Shown: positions 39,901-50,057, numbered from the stretch's first letter. The stretch: DNA of 64,000 nt from an uncultured Clostridium sp. (GCA_946639585.1 CAMPBS010000006.1:181-64180); one strand, 5' to 3'. Translations and numbers: made by a program. The notes: generated by a model from the sequence alone, not told the origin.

Positions 39901-41739
39901 GAATACACCTGTTGTATTTGCTTTTACTTCTTGTGTATCCACTAGTTTACCATCGTATTCTTTATTATCTTTTTTGAATTTTCCAAGATCGTAAGCTTCA
40001 CCATTTTCACCAAGTTTTGTTTCGTATAACTCGTATTTTCCAACTGGTAAACCTTTTAATGTTGGTGTTATACCATTTACTGTTACTAGTTTTGCAACTT
40101 TTGCATCGTTAAAGTCTTTTGTATATGTGTCTTTTTCTAATACAGTATTGTTTTCTGCTCTTACCCAACCTTGTTCGTTTCCATCTATTCTGTATAGTCT
40201 GAATTCATAACCATTTAGGGGTTTTCCTGTATCTCCATCTATTTTATGAACATATACATCTGTACGAGATCTATTGTTTACAGCTGTTACTGTTGCTGGT
40301 TGGCTAGGTGTTACTTTATATGTTCCACTTGTACGATTTCCATTGCTATCTACTTGCCATACACGTTGTGCTTTTACTTTTCCAGTTTTTCCTGGCACTG
40401 TTGTTTCTTCTAATTGATAAATATCTTGTAGTCCTGTTGGTAAACCTGTTTCATAGATTCTGTATTGCTCTGTTGATGGTAAGTTTTCTATTGTTATTTT
40501 TCCTTTTGCGTCTGTTTTGAATTTTTCTGCATCATCATAATTTGGTACAAAATTAATTTTTTGTCCGTCTTTTTTTACCCATCCTTTATTTTCAGCATAT
40601 ACTTTGAATTCTATGTCTTTTAGGCTTATTGTTGAGTCATTAAATTGGTCAACTTTTTGGATTTCAAGTTTTCCAGTTTTTGGTAGTGGTAATGTTTTTT
40701 CTACTTCAGTATTTGTTTTTTCTCCATTATATATAATGAAGTTTTGTGATGCACCACCACTAACTATAACTATTCTTGCTTTTGTTGATACTAATGCTGT
40801 TTTTGATTTTATTTTTATACTTTCTATTTTTGTTGTGCTGTTGTTTATAACAACATAAAATGGTTTGTGATGTTTTACTGAATCTACACTTTTTATAGCA
40901 TTTGTATCTATTTTTTCTGCTATTCCAACTGCTTTTTCAGAATTATTTATAGTGATTTCTCCAATTTTAGCTCCACCTGTAAGGTTAACTCTATATGGTC
41001 CTATAAATGTTTTTCCGTTTACTGTTGTTGCTGTTATTTTATTTTTTTCTGATTCTTCCATAGATACTTCTAATGCTTGTGTTTCTATCGCTCCTTGTTT
41101 TTGAGCTTGAGTTGCAAATGCTTCAGCCTCATTTATATATTTGTTGTATCCTGTGTAACCATATCCTTGTCCTTGAATATAGTTTGATAAGCCAACTTTT
41201 CTCATTTGATTAACATATGTTGTTTCCCACATTATTCTTGTCATAGCATCTTTAGCTGTAGCATTTGTTGTAGCCCATGTTTCTCCCTTTTCTTCTGCTA
41301 CTCTAGCTAGATATGCTAGCATTAATATAGGTTTTACATTTTTATTTGATACGCTGTATTCTACACCATTTTTATTTTTTTCGCTGTATACTTTTACTAC
41401 ATTGCTTTTAGTGTCGTTATTGATATCAAAAATGTTTACTACTTTATATGTAGTTCCTGTAAAATAGTGGCCATTTGGATGTATACACATACCTCCAACT
41501 TGGTTAACTGGAGCATCTTGTCCTGATTTTACTTTGGCTCCAATTGATTTAGGAGCTTCCAAGGCATACCATTCTTCTTTGTTTTGTGAAAGTTTTATTA
41601 ATTCACCTACAGTTTCGCCATTTTTAATCTTTGCAGCATTTGATGTATTTCCAATAAATCCGAATACTATTGAAATGGCAATAAGTAAGCTTGTTACTAT
41701 AGATATATTTTTATAAATATGACTTTTAGTATTACTCAT
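36988..41739 (-). CDS. 1583-aa surface protein (SpaA/Cna-B and SdrD-B-like domains, C-terminal TPATG + TM)
   Basis: Signal peptide; KVD...GKITIENLP and YETGLP E-box-like motifs; ITGKVFED; C-terminal anchor KKKVLK. Confidence 0.88.
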   Translation of the reverse strand: MSNTKSHIYKNISIVTSLLIAISIVFGFIGNTSNAAKIKNGETVGELIKLSQNKEEWYALEAPKSIGAKVKSGQDAPVNQVGGMCIHPNGHYFTGTTYKVVNIFDINNDTKSNVVKVYSEKNKNGVEYSVSNKNVKPILMLAYLARVAEEKGETWATTNATAKDAMTRIMWETTYVNQMRKVGLSNYIQGQGYGYTGYNKYINEAEAFATQAQKQGAIETQALEVSMEESEKNKITATTVNGKTFIGPYRVNLTGGAKIGEITINNSEKAVGIAEKIDTNAIKSVDSVKHHKPFYVVINNSTTKIESIKIKSKTALVSTKARIVIVSGGASQNFIIYNGEKTNTEVEKTLPLPKTGKLEIQKVDQFNDSTISLKDIEFKVYAENKGWVKKDGQKINFVPNYDDAEKFKTDAKGKITIENLPSTEQYRIYETGLPTGLQDIYQLEETTVPGKTGKVKAQRVWQVDSNGNRTSGTYKVTPSQPATVTAVNNRSRTDVYVHKIDGDTGKPLNGYEFRLYRIDGNEQGWVRAENNTVLEKDTYTKDFNDAKVAKLVTVNGITPTLKGLPVGKYELYETKLGENGEAYDLGKFKKDNKEYDGKLVDTQEVKANTTGVFPFEEKNRQVFIKITGKVFEDTLQGKNKQSRDGEYNSEDDKLIEGIEVTLVDRITKQEISTFTNAKGEYTFDKVRIRESDNSEKADYLNRYYVKFKYDGFIYQSTAPSKNEVKKFNDDGTINTTTSKAFETETTRGNVNNQFKEVTGKGQKLSNGVELKYNKSNDIVTLENTSKLVETNTGIKVEGKTDFEVNATVLGNLLQAYYDKLKETQDVVTEISHIDLGVYRREMPNLSLEKDVYNAEVSVNGYKYTYMYNQKIVGNDAIETTTGVDFDNDYRLPIYRADAEKSEGANALNATVTYKIKLQNSSTNLYTTVNGLNEWYSKDYSIAKDSNEKYEIYLSNDPAEKTFDDNNRLQLKREPKTTNPDQNSEYNRTPIEFAEPIKLTPDQEGNTKYVYIKLNVNEVANIYNKNINLENFVEINEYTTYSDKEFKNLYAAIDTNSIPGSMIADRFAETDEDDSDNAPGLHLVEAAERTISGTVFEDGAISFGAGKERIGDGKFEDDETKIAGVEVSLLQYNGSEWKIVGTTTTDASGNFSFKGFMAGTYKVQYKWGNDKYKVENYKGTIFVNKDRANDPNWIKEENPRYSDAMDDYNLRVAIDQKALYNRDTAGYDDLSKMISETPDFAIGIEKEEYTEAPGENGYTYNVSNVDFGIIERPRQAMEINKNLKSILLTTNDGAQIVNASIKEDGTLDVKTGEKWVTGGKDYLWVQVDKSITQGLNAEMGYNITVSNVSEIDYDNEDYYKYGVKNGDQITMNLRAEAIYDYCKGALLSSENTTEWETVKPGDYRIDTTTGDTITEENFKEQFARKVNEDGTINESYSWESSHSETKEIYTEWLEQMATTRTTDIRKVKLDGREILKYNGTKLTRAMAPGESETAEIKLSKELANGNDIRFDNDAEITNITFETAARTGSKPSAYTSKAYTRAAWTTVTPATGEDRDYTWIIITAVSAIAVLGVGIIIIKKKVLK

Positions 41740-44700
41740 GATTTGCCCCCTTTCTTTTCTTTGTGTAAACTATTATTCCTGTTGTAGTCAATACAATTAT
41801 TGCTATTATTATTCCTATTGATACTTCAACACCTGTTCTAATTGATACGATTAATTCTGCTGAGCTTGTGTTGTCTGCTGTATCTTTGTCTGGTATTGAT
41901 AATTCGTTGCTTGTTCTTGCAATTTCTGCTTTGTTTGTTGTTACACCTGTGTTATTTTCTGTCATTGCTTTTGTTAATGTTAATACAACTTGTTTTGTTT
42001 CTCCTGGTTGTATTATTTCTTTTGAAAGTGCTGTTGTATGTACGTTTCCGTCTGTAGATTTATACCAGTTTTTATTTATTTCTGAGTTGAAGCTCATGTC
42101 TTTTGGCATGTAGTCTACTATTTCGTTTGCGTATCCAGCAAGTTCACCTTCGTTTGTTATTTCTAATGTGTATTCTACTAATACTGTTGATGATGCTAAT
42201 AATTTTGCATCTATTTCAACTTTAGCTAATTGTTGTTTGTTGTATTGTTTTACTACTGTTCCAGCAGTATTTTGAATTGTTACTTTGCTTATGTATTTGT
42301 TTATTTTTAAATCAAATACTTCATTTTCGATAAATCCAGCATCGATATTTTGTATACTTTTATCTTTTAATACTAATTTATCTGTCATTGCATATATTTT
42401 TGAATTTCCATCTGTTGATATTGTTCCTGTAATTATGTCTGAGTTTGTTGCTTCTGAAGCTGATGCTACTTGGTATTCTGTATTTCTGTATTTTAAGTTA
42501 TCGAATGTAAATACTACCATGTAACTTCCTTCTTCGATATTTTCGAATGTGTACATTCCATTTTTATCTGTTTTTACACTTAGTCTGTTTCCATTTTCGT
42601 CTGTTACGAATTTGTTTGTTTTTGTATTTACTAACATTGCTGTAATTCCTACAAATGGTTTTTCTGAACTTTCTCTAACACCATTTTTGTTTGCATCAAT
42701 CCATGCCATACCTGAAATTGTGTTTTTGATTGTTACTATACCAGGGATTGTTGGCCCATCTGTTGGTTGTGGCTCTGGATCTTGGTTTCCAGGTTCTTCA
42801 GTATTGTTGTTTCTAGCATTTGTTTCTAATGTATGTGTAATTTCTTTAGTAATGTCTTCTTCCATTAGGTTACCCATAACAGTTACTGTATTTGTTATTG
42901 TATCTTTTCCTGTTCTTGTTTCATCAACTTCTGTTTCTATTGTTACAATAGCTTGTTGTTCAGGATCTAATACTATTTTTTGATAAATTGAATTATCATC
43001 TTTTACAGTAATATCACTTGTTTCTTTTCCAATTGTGTAATATGCTTTTTTGATTTGTGCAGCACTTGGAACTGAATCTGTTATTGTTACACCATCTGTG
43101 TTTTTACCTACATTTTTTATTGCTATTTTATAAACTAAACTATCTCCTGTTTTTATTGCTCCATTTTTATTTGATGTCATAGCAACGTTCATTTGAGATA
43201 CTTTTTTCTCAATTAAGCTTGTTTCAACATAGTTTGAATAGTATTTTGTACCATCAACTGTTGCTGTAAAGCTTATTTTTTGTTTTTTGTTTTCGTTATA
43301 TTTAACAACTTTTATTGGAACTATCATTTCTTTTGTTGCTCCAGATGCTAATGAGTTTACTTCAAATGATAATGAGTTGTCTTGTTGTTTTGTTATTGTG
43401 TAGTTTTTGTCATCACTTGTATCATCTTCTTCTATATCCATAGAATATGCTTCTATAATTTGATATTCTTCTGGTACTGTGATGTTTACTGGTATTTTTG
43501 TTAATTGTGCATCTGATGTATTTTTTATTCTTAATGTTAATCCTACTATGCTTCCTAATTGGTTAGGATATTCTTTTGATTCGTTAGATTCTAGGCTTAG
43601 TTTTAATGCTGCATTTTTTACTGTGTTTGAAGTTTTTAATTCAATTTTTTCAATGTTTTCGCCTGTTATTTCTGCTGTTGATTCTAATTTTTGAGCATCT
43701 TCTTTTACTCTTACTTGATATGTTAATACTATTGTTGCTTTTTTTGGAAGTGTAAAGTCAGATACTTTATATTCTGAATCTCCAACTTGTTCTCTAACAA
43801 ATGTGTAGTTTGCATATTGTTCTGTACCTTCTAGATATATTGGTACTTCTCTTTCTACTTTTGTGCTTGCATATACGTTTGCACCTTCATGAACTGCTTT
43901 AAAGTTTACTTTTTCAATATCATTATTTGTTTGGTTTGTTATTTTATATGTATATGTAACGGCTTGACCTGCATTTACTTGGTCTCCATCTTTTAATGTT
44001 ACTCCAGCTGATACTGCTGTCATTGCAACTTTTATTTTATCTGTTGATTCTTCTACTGCTGGTCCCAACTCTTTTGGTGTCTCTTCTTCTAATGTTGGAT
44101 CTTGGTTAGTTGGTTCTTGTGTTGGATTTTGTTGTGTTGGCTCTGTTGTTTGAGCTTGTTTTTGTATATCTATTATTACATCTGTTGAAACAGGTTCTGG
44201 TTGTGTTGCAGCATTTTCGTTTGTATATGACATTGTTACTTTTGCTGCTTTTGCTACTGGTAGTTCTGTTCCTTCTGGTACATTAGCTTTTACCGCTACT
44301 TTTGCATTTACTGTTACTACAATTCCTCCAACTGTTTGGTTATCAAATACTGTTTGTTCCCCTTCAATTTTGATTATTATTTTGTTTCCATCTACTGTTA
44401 TTTTTGATTGGTCAACCTTGAAGTTTTCATCTTGTTTTTCTGCGAACACTACGTTTGCAGATACATTTGATATTTCTGCTACATCTTCTGGTAATTCTAA
44501 TGTAATTGTTGGCTCTTTAAATAAGTATGTATCTGGTGTTCCTGTTGGTAATTTAACTTGGAATTCTACATCATTTACATTTTTTGTTGAGAATACATAT
44601 CCAGTTGGCATTGTTAATTGTGCAGGTTTTGTTGTTGGTTCGTTTAGTTTTGTATATACTATTGCTGTTGAACCATTTGTATCTTTATTTGTTGTTACTT

Positions 44701-46234
44701 TTATTGCTGTTTTTATTGCATTTATCTCTTGAATTGCTTCTTTGCTTAATCCTGCATTTCCAATTATTGCTTTTTGTGCAATTATTTCTATTGTTCCTTC
44801 ATTTATTGGTTGGCTTGTTGTTATTGTTACATTATGTGTATTTAATGTTAATTCTTTTTCTGATGAACTATTTATTTCTTTTACGTTTCCATCATCATCT
44901 CTTATTGTTATTGTTCCATCTCCGCCTAATACGTTTTCTACATTTTTCCAATCAAATTTTATTTTTGTATATTTTGTTTGATTATTTGTTTCTTGGATGT
45001 TTGTTTCTTTGATTTTATCTTCTACTACTTCTACATGTTCAAATTTATCTTCTTCTAATTTAAGTTCTACATTGTTTACACCTGTTTTATCTGATATTTC
45101 TATGTTGTATTTTTCTGTATATGGTGTTGGGTTAGTTGTATCTGCATACATGAATCCTTTATATACTTCTTTAGATACACTTGTAGCTTCTGCACTAACA
45201 ATATTTCCTGAATTGAATTTTACTGTCATACTATCTTTTGGAAGAGTCATTGGTTTTTCTGCTTCATTATATCCCAAACATGTTGTGTATAATTTAAATT
45301 CTCCTACATTTCTAGTATAGTTCTTTAATTCATCTTGATTTTCAATATCATCAAATATATATATAAATTTATAAGTATCTGTTCCTGTACCATAATTAAT
45401 TTTATTATCTTTTAATAATGAATTTGTAAATTTTAATGTTCCAGATGGTATATCATAGTATTTTGTTTTTACATTTTCTTCAACTTTTTTTCCATTTATT
45501 ATAATATCTATAGTATCTGGTTCATTACCATTTATTTTTGGTACATTAATATCAAATCTATCGTTTATTCTTGGTATACTTTTAGCTGATACAACAATAC
45601 CTTCTTGAATAAGAACTTTATTTCCATCTTTTATTGCTTTTTCTACTGAATAATTAGTACCTTTTGATCCGACTTTCTCTTTATTTTCTGTCCATATCAA
45701 TTTAGTATTTATTGTTGCTGTAACGTTTTCAGTTGATTCAGAGGTATAGTCTCCTGAAAGGGTTATTTGATTTTCCATGTTAAAATAATCTACATCGATT
45801 GTAGATTTCATCTCAAATGTTACTGGAATTTCTAGTACTATATCATCTTTTACATAGCTACCTTCAAGTTTTACTAATTTTATTTCTTTTGTTGCATTGT
45901 TTACTCCTGCAACATATTGGCTGTTAATTGTTTCTGGTAATTTAAAGTTTGCTTTGTCGTTTATTGTGATTTTTGCATTGCTTAAATCACCACTTTGTAG
46001 CTTGATTTTAGCATATAAAGTAGCCCCTTCTGATATATTTGCTTCTTTTGTGTAAATTTTGTTTCCATTAGCATCTTTAAAATAAGCGTCAAATGTTATT
46101 TTCCCGCCTTTAATGCTTTCTTCTCTGTCGCTTACCGCATATACTATGTTTGTGGCAACAAATAAAAAGTTTACCATTGTCATGCATAGTACTAGCATAA
46201 GTGCTGTTGTTTTTTGTAATAGTTTTCCTTTCAT
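41732..46234 (-). CDS. 1500-aa surface protein (DUF11-like and SdrD-B-like domains, C-terminal RTG + TM)
   Basis: Signal peptide; ISGMAWIDANKNG; C-terminal SIRTG-TM-KKRK; 8-nt overlap with the next gene. Confidence 0.88.
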   Translation of the reverse strand: MKGKLLQKTTALMLVLCMTMVNFLFVATNIVYAVSDREESIKGGKITFDAYFKDANGNKIYTKEANISEGATLYAKIKLQSGDLSNAKITINDKANFKLPETINSQYVAGVNNATKEIKLVKLEGSYVKDDIVLEIPVTFEMKSTIDVDYFNMENQITLSGDYTSESTENVTATINTKLIWTENKEKVGSKGTNYSVEKAIKDGNKVLIQEGIVVSAKSIPRINDRFDINVPKINGNEPDTIDIIINGKKVEENVKTKYYDIPSGTLKFTNSLLKDNKINYGTGTDTYKFIYIFDDIENQDELKNYTRNVGEFKLYTTCLGYNEAEKPMTLPKDSMTVKFNSGNIVSAEATSVSKEVYKGFMYADTTNPTPYTEKYNIEISDKTGVNNVELKLEEDKFEHVEVVEDKIKETNIQETNNQTKYTKIKFDWKNVENVLGGDGTITIRDDDGNVKEINSSSEKELTLNTHNVTITTSQPINEGTIEIIAQKAIIGNAGLSKEAIQEINAIKTAIKVTTNKDTNGSTAIVYTKLNEPTTKPAQLTMPTGYVFSTKNVNDVEFQVKLPTGTPDTYLFKEPTITLELPEDVAEISNVSANVVFAEKQDENFKVDQSKITVDGNKIIIKIEGEQTVFDNQTVGGIVVTVNAKVAVKANVPEGTELPVAKAAKVTMSYTNENAATQPEPVSTDVIIDIQKQAQTTEPTQQNPTQEPTNQDPTLEEETPKELGPAVEESTDKIKVAMTAVSAGVTLKDGDQVNAGQAVTYTYKITNQTNNDIEKVNFKAVHEGANVYASTKVEREVPIYLEGTEQYANYTFVREQVGDSEYKVSDFTLPKKATIVLTYQVRVKEDAQKLESTAEITGENIEKIELKTSNTVKNAALKLSLESNESKEYPNQLGSIVGLTLRIKNTSDAQLTKIPVNITVPEEYQIIEAYSMDIEEDDTSDDKNYTITKQQDNSLSFEVNSLASGATKEMIVPIKVVKYNENKKQKISFTATVDGTKYYSNYVETSLIEKKVSQMNVAMTSNKNGAIKTGDSLVYKIAIKNVGKNTDGVTITDSVPSAAQIKKAYYTIGKETSDITVKDDNSIYQKIVLDPEQQAIVTIETEVDETRTGKDTITNTVTVMGNLMEEDITKEITHTLETNARNNNTEEPGNQDPEPQPTDGPTIPGIVTIKNTISGMAWIDANKNGVRESSEKPFVGITAMLVNTKTNKFVTDENGNRLSVKTDKNGMYTFENIEEGSYMVVFTFDNLKYRNTEYQVASASEATNSDIITGTISTDGNSKIYAMTDKLVLKDKSIQNIDAGFIENEVFDLKINKYISKVTIQNTAGTVVKQYNKQQLAKVEIDAKLLASSTVLVEYTLEITNEGELAGYANEIVDYMPKDMSFNSEINKNWYKSTDGNVHTTALSKEIIQPGETKQVVLTLTKAMTENNTGVTTNKAEIARTSNELSIPDKDTADNTSSAELIVSIRTGVEVSIGIIIAIIVLTTTGIIVYTKKRKGANHE

Positions 46235-46600
46235 ATTTTTTCCTCCTTAAAAACTTTATTACTTAATTTTATAATAGCTTTTTTATATTATAGAAGTCAA
46301 TATATTATTTTTTATCGTTTTTTTTACATTGTTTTTATATTTACGGAAGTATTTTTACCGTGAATATTACAGGAATGTTAAGTTTTTATTACATTTCTGT
46401 TACAAATAAAAAATAACACACAACTCTACCTTATATTATACATTGTTTTTTCTCATTTTTCAACCTTTTTCGTGAAATTTTATTAACTTTTTATGTAACT
46501 TTCAAAATAGAAATTTTAGGAGTAATTTTGGGGACCCGTCCCTAAAAATTTGGTGTAACAAAATGATAGTTGGTACATATAATTAAATGAGGTGGTTTAT

Positions 46601-47044
46601 ATGGCAAATAATTTTGATGAAAGTACTATGAATAATATTAAAAATATGGTGGATAGCGGTAATCTTCAAGGCGCTATTTCTCAAATTTCTCCTGAGATGA
46701 TTGAGAATTTTTCTAAGATGATGAATGGTCAATCTGCGCCAAATCCAGGACATTCAGGCAATTCTACATATGAGTCCAATTTCAATAGTGCCAATAGCAA
46801 TCAAAGTACCGTAAATTCTGGCAATTCTAGTTTTGACTTTAGTAAGATTGATATGAATACTATGATGAAAATAAAGTCTATTATGGAGAATATGAATAAT
46901 AAGAATGATCCTAGTTATAATTTGTTAAACTCTTTAAAGCCGTATTTAAGAGAGTCTAGACAAGAAAAAGTCGATCAATATGCTAATTTATTGAATTTTT
47001 CTAAGATTGCAGAAGCTTTTAATAATTCTAACAATAATCAATAG
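46601..47044 (+). CDS. Hypothetical protein (N/S/M-rich, LLNSLKPYL motif), possibly sporulation-related
   Basis: GAGGTGG RBS before ATG 46601; CATATAAT (SigE/SigK-like -10) upstream. Confidence 0.7.
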   Translation: MANNFDESTMNNIKNMVDSGNLQGAISQISPEMIENFSKMMNGQSAPNPGHSGNSTYESNFNSANSNQSTVNSGNSSFDFSKIDMNTMMKIKSIMENMNNKNDPSYNLLNSLKPYLRESRQEKVDQYANLLNFSKIAEAFNNSNNNQ

Positions 47045-47114
47045 ATTATTGTTTTTTGCAACTTAAAAACTGAACCTAGTATTCAACAGATTCTGTATAA
47101 CAGGAGGTGAAAAC

Positions 47115-47318
47115 ATGGAAAAATCAGAAGAAAAAAACGCTTCTGCCGATGAGAAACGTTCATTTAATTTATTTAACCAAGCCCCTTTTTTCAGTATTTT
47201 GGGCTTTGATTTATATTCGGATGATATTTTAATTTTGTGTATTCTTTTTTCCATGTATATGGAAGGAATTAAAGATCAAATGCTGTTTTTGCTATTGTTG
47301 TTACTACTTTTTTCTTAA
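47115..47318 (+). CDS. Small membrane protein (DDILILCILF...LLLLLLFS)
   Basis: AGGAGGTG RBS; hydrophobic C-terminus. Confidence 0.7.
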   Translation: MEKSEEKNASADEKRSFNLFNQAPFFSILGFDLYSDDILILCILFSMYMEGIKDQMLFLLLLLLLFS

Positions 47319-47930
47319 TTATTCTATTATTATTTTGTCATTTTCTACGTATAAATAGCTATTTTTGTGTAGTGGTTCTTCGTCTCTATTTATTTCTTTT
47401 ACTATGTTTGCAATTCTTACTTGAACAGCATCAAATGTTCCAGCTGCTATAATTGCGCTTTTGTTTCCTTTTGCGCCTGCATGTGCTAATCCCCTAAGGT
47501 TTCCTAGCACAACTATATTGTCTGATGCAACAATTTCTGCTCCTGAATTTACATCTCCTAATATTACAAGGCTTCCTTCAGTTTCCATTCTTTGGCCTGA
47601 CCTTAATGATCCTCTATGAAATTTTGTCTCTGATGTTGCAATTTTTTGGTCAAATGTTTTTCTAATACTTGATAGCCCTAAACTTTTAGGCGTATCGAAT
47701 TCTATCTTTACATCTATTTCGTCTTTTATTATTTCTTGTATTTCATCTATTTCTTTGTTTTTTAGTAGTTTTCCTGTTATTCTTATTGGGGTTGTGTCAT
47801 CTTGATATAGTTTTTTTAGTTCTGGTATTTTTCTTTTGAAACTTTCTATTATGTCTTCATATTTTGCTTCTTCTTTGATTCTTATTACTAATTCGTTTCT
47901 TTTTAGGTTTATGTTTAAGCAATTTTTCAT
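47319..47930 (-). CDS. minC: Septum site-determining protein MinC
   Basis: SLRSGQ...VILGDVNSGAEIVA...GNLRGLAHAG; follows pbp2. Confidence 0.93.
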   Translation of the reverse strand: MKNCLNINLKRNELVIRIKEEAKYEDIIESFKRKIPELKKLYQDDTTPIRITGKLLKNKEIDEIQEIIKDEIDVKIEFDTPKSLGLSSIRKTFDQKIATSETKFHRGSLRSGQRMETEGSLVILGDVNSGAEIVASDNIVVLGNLRGLAHAGAKGNKSAIIAAGTFDAVQVRIANIVKEINRDEEPLHKNSYLYVENDKIIIE

Positions 47931-47948
47931 TTTTTCTTTACCTCTTTC

Positions 47949-50057
47949 TTATAATTCTATTTGTGTCATTACTTTAGCTGAAATGTCTTCATTGATATCC
48001 TTGGTGTTCATTCCAAAATATTCTGACATTACATCTCTTACTACTTCTGCTGTATAGTTTCCGTGGCCTCCATTTTCTACCATTACTACTATTGCTATTT
48101 CTGGGTCATCAAATGGTGCAAATCCAACGAACCATGCATTTACTTTGTTTCCAGGTGCTTCCGCTGATCCTGTTTTTCCACCAACTTTTATTGGGAAATC
48201 TCTAAATATATTGTATGCTGTTCCTCCAGCTTCTTGTGTAACTGATTGCATTCCATCAAGTACTAACCTTAAATAGTCTTGGTTTAATGTTATTCCATCA
48301 TCTTGTTCTGGTTCTAAGTTTAGCCTTGCGTTTGCATATTCATTTATTTTTTCCCTTGGCACTTCCGTTCCATCTGGATTTATTATTGATTTTACTATTG
48401 ATACATCAACTTTTTTTCCACCATTTGCTAATGTGCTTATGTATTTTGCCATTTGTATTGGTGTAAATTCATTTAGCCCTTGTCCTATTACCGCATTTAG
48501 CATATCTCCTGGTACCCATTGTTGTTTTATTCTTTCTTTTGCTTCTTTACTTGCTAGTACTCCTTTTGTTTCATCCCTAAGCTCTATTCCTGTTTTGTTT
48601 CCTAATCCGAAGTATTTAGCATATTTTACTAAGTTGTCTATGCCCATTCTGTTTCCAACTTCGTAGAAGTAATAGTTGCATGAATGTTTTATGGCTCCTG
48701 TAACATTTAGTGGTCCATGTCCAACATGGTAATCTGTATAATACCAACAATTCCATGTTCTATTTCCTAATTGGTATACTCCTGTATCGTTTATTTGTTC
48801 TGTTGGCGAAACCACTCCGCTTTCTAGCGCTGCTATAGCTGATATCATTTTGAATGTTGAACCTGGTGAATATGATACTTGCATTGCTTTATTTACTAAT
48901 GGATGGTTTGGATTATTGTTATATTCGTTCCAATCTTTTACACTAATTCCATTAACAAATTTGCTTGGATCGTAATCCGGGTAGCTTGCCATTGCTAGTA
49001 CTTCACCTGTTTTTACATTCATTACTACTACCGAACCCGCTTGAGCGTCATATACTTTGCCAAATCCCCCACTTTGTATTTTTTGTATATTTGCTGCCAA
49101 TGTGTTTTCTACAATTTTTTGAAGATTTGCATCTATTGTTAATACTACATTTGAGCCTGCTATTGCATCTTGTACAACATATTCTCCAGATGCCGTTCCA
49201 TCTACTCCCATGTCTATTTGTTTTATTCCATTTTTTCCTTTTAGGTAACCTTCGAATGAATATTCTATCCCTGTTTTTCCAACGACATCGTTTATGTCAT
49301 ATATTTCTTTGTTTTTTTCATATTCTTCTTGTGTTATTTTTCCTGAATATCCCAATATATGTGATGCTACCGTACCAGATGTGTATTGTCTTTTAGGTTC
49401 TACTATAACGTTTACTCCTGGAAATTTACTACTTTTTTCTGATATTTCAGCTACCGCTTCTCTTGAGACATTATCTGCTAATCTAAACGCTCTTGTACTA
49501 CTATAACCTTTTTTATCTATTTCATATCTTAATCCTATTATTTTTCTTGCATCTTCTAGGCTATTGTTTGATATTACATATTTTTCTTTGAATTCTGTAA
49601 AGACTTGCTCTGGCGTTTTTCCAACTGTTATTCCATTGGCAATTTGCCATTTTTGTAAGTTTTCTCCTTCTAGTGTATATCTATATGGATTTACCTCAAT
49701 TGGAAATGTGTCTGGCACTTTTATTTGATATTTGTTAAATGTGTTTACTATTTCTAACATGCAGTCATTTAATACTTGTGTTTCTACTTTACTTTTATAT
49801 AGTTCCAATGCAAAAGTTGTTTCTGAAGTAACGAGTACTGAACCTGTTCTATCTAGTATTTTACCTCTTGCTGCTTCTAATGAGGTTTCACGTGTTAGAC
49901 GTGTATTTGATTGTTCCCTATATTCTTTTCCGTGTACTATTTGAAGGTTAAATAATTGCCCTATTAGGATTATTCCAATAAAATATGTTAAAACTGTTGA
50001 TAAATTATATCTTAAATTTATATTATTTTTGTTAATACGTTTCTTTCCTGAACGCAA
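47949..50057 (-). CDS. mrdA: Penicillin-binding protein 2 (class B)
   Basis: RGKILDRTG, GKTGIE, STFK, SCN, KTG motifs; in the mre operon. Confidence 0.92.
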   Translation of the reverse strand: MRSGKKRINKNNINLRYNLSTVLTYFIGIILIGQLFNLQIVHGKEYREQSNTRLTRETSLEAARGKILDRTGSVLVTSETTFALELYKSKVETQVLNDCMLEIVNTFNKYQIKVPDTFPIEVNPYRYTLEGENLQKWQIANGITVGKTPEQVFTEFKEKYVISNNSLEDARKIIGLRYEIDKKGYSSTRAFRLADNVSREAVAEISEKSSKFPGVNVIVEPKRQYTSGTVASHILGYSGKITQEEYEKNKEIYDINDVVGKTGIEYSFEGYLKGKNGIKQIDMGVDGTASGEYVVQDAIAGSNVVLTIDANLQKIVENTLAANIQKIQSGGFGKVYDAQAGSVVVMNVKTGEVLAMASYPDYDPSKFVNGISVKDWNEYNNNPNHPLVNKAMQVSYSPGSTFKMISAIAALESGVVSPTEQINDTGVYQLGNRTWNCWYYTDYHVGHGPLNVTGAIKHSCNYYFYEVGNRMGIDNLVKYAKYFGLGNKTGIELRDETKGVLASKEAKERIKQQWVPGDMLNAVIGQGLNEFTPIQMAKYISTLANGGKKVDVSIVKSIINPDGTEVPREKINEYANARLNLEPEQDDGITLNQDYLRLVLDGMQSVTQEAGGTAYNIFRDFPIKVGGKTGSAEAPGNKVNAWFVGFAPFDDPEIAIVVMVENGGHGNYTAEVVRDVMSEYFGMNTKDINEDISAKVMTQIEL

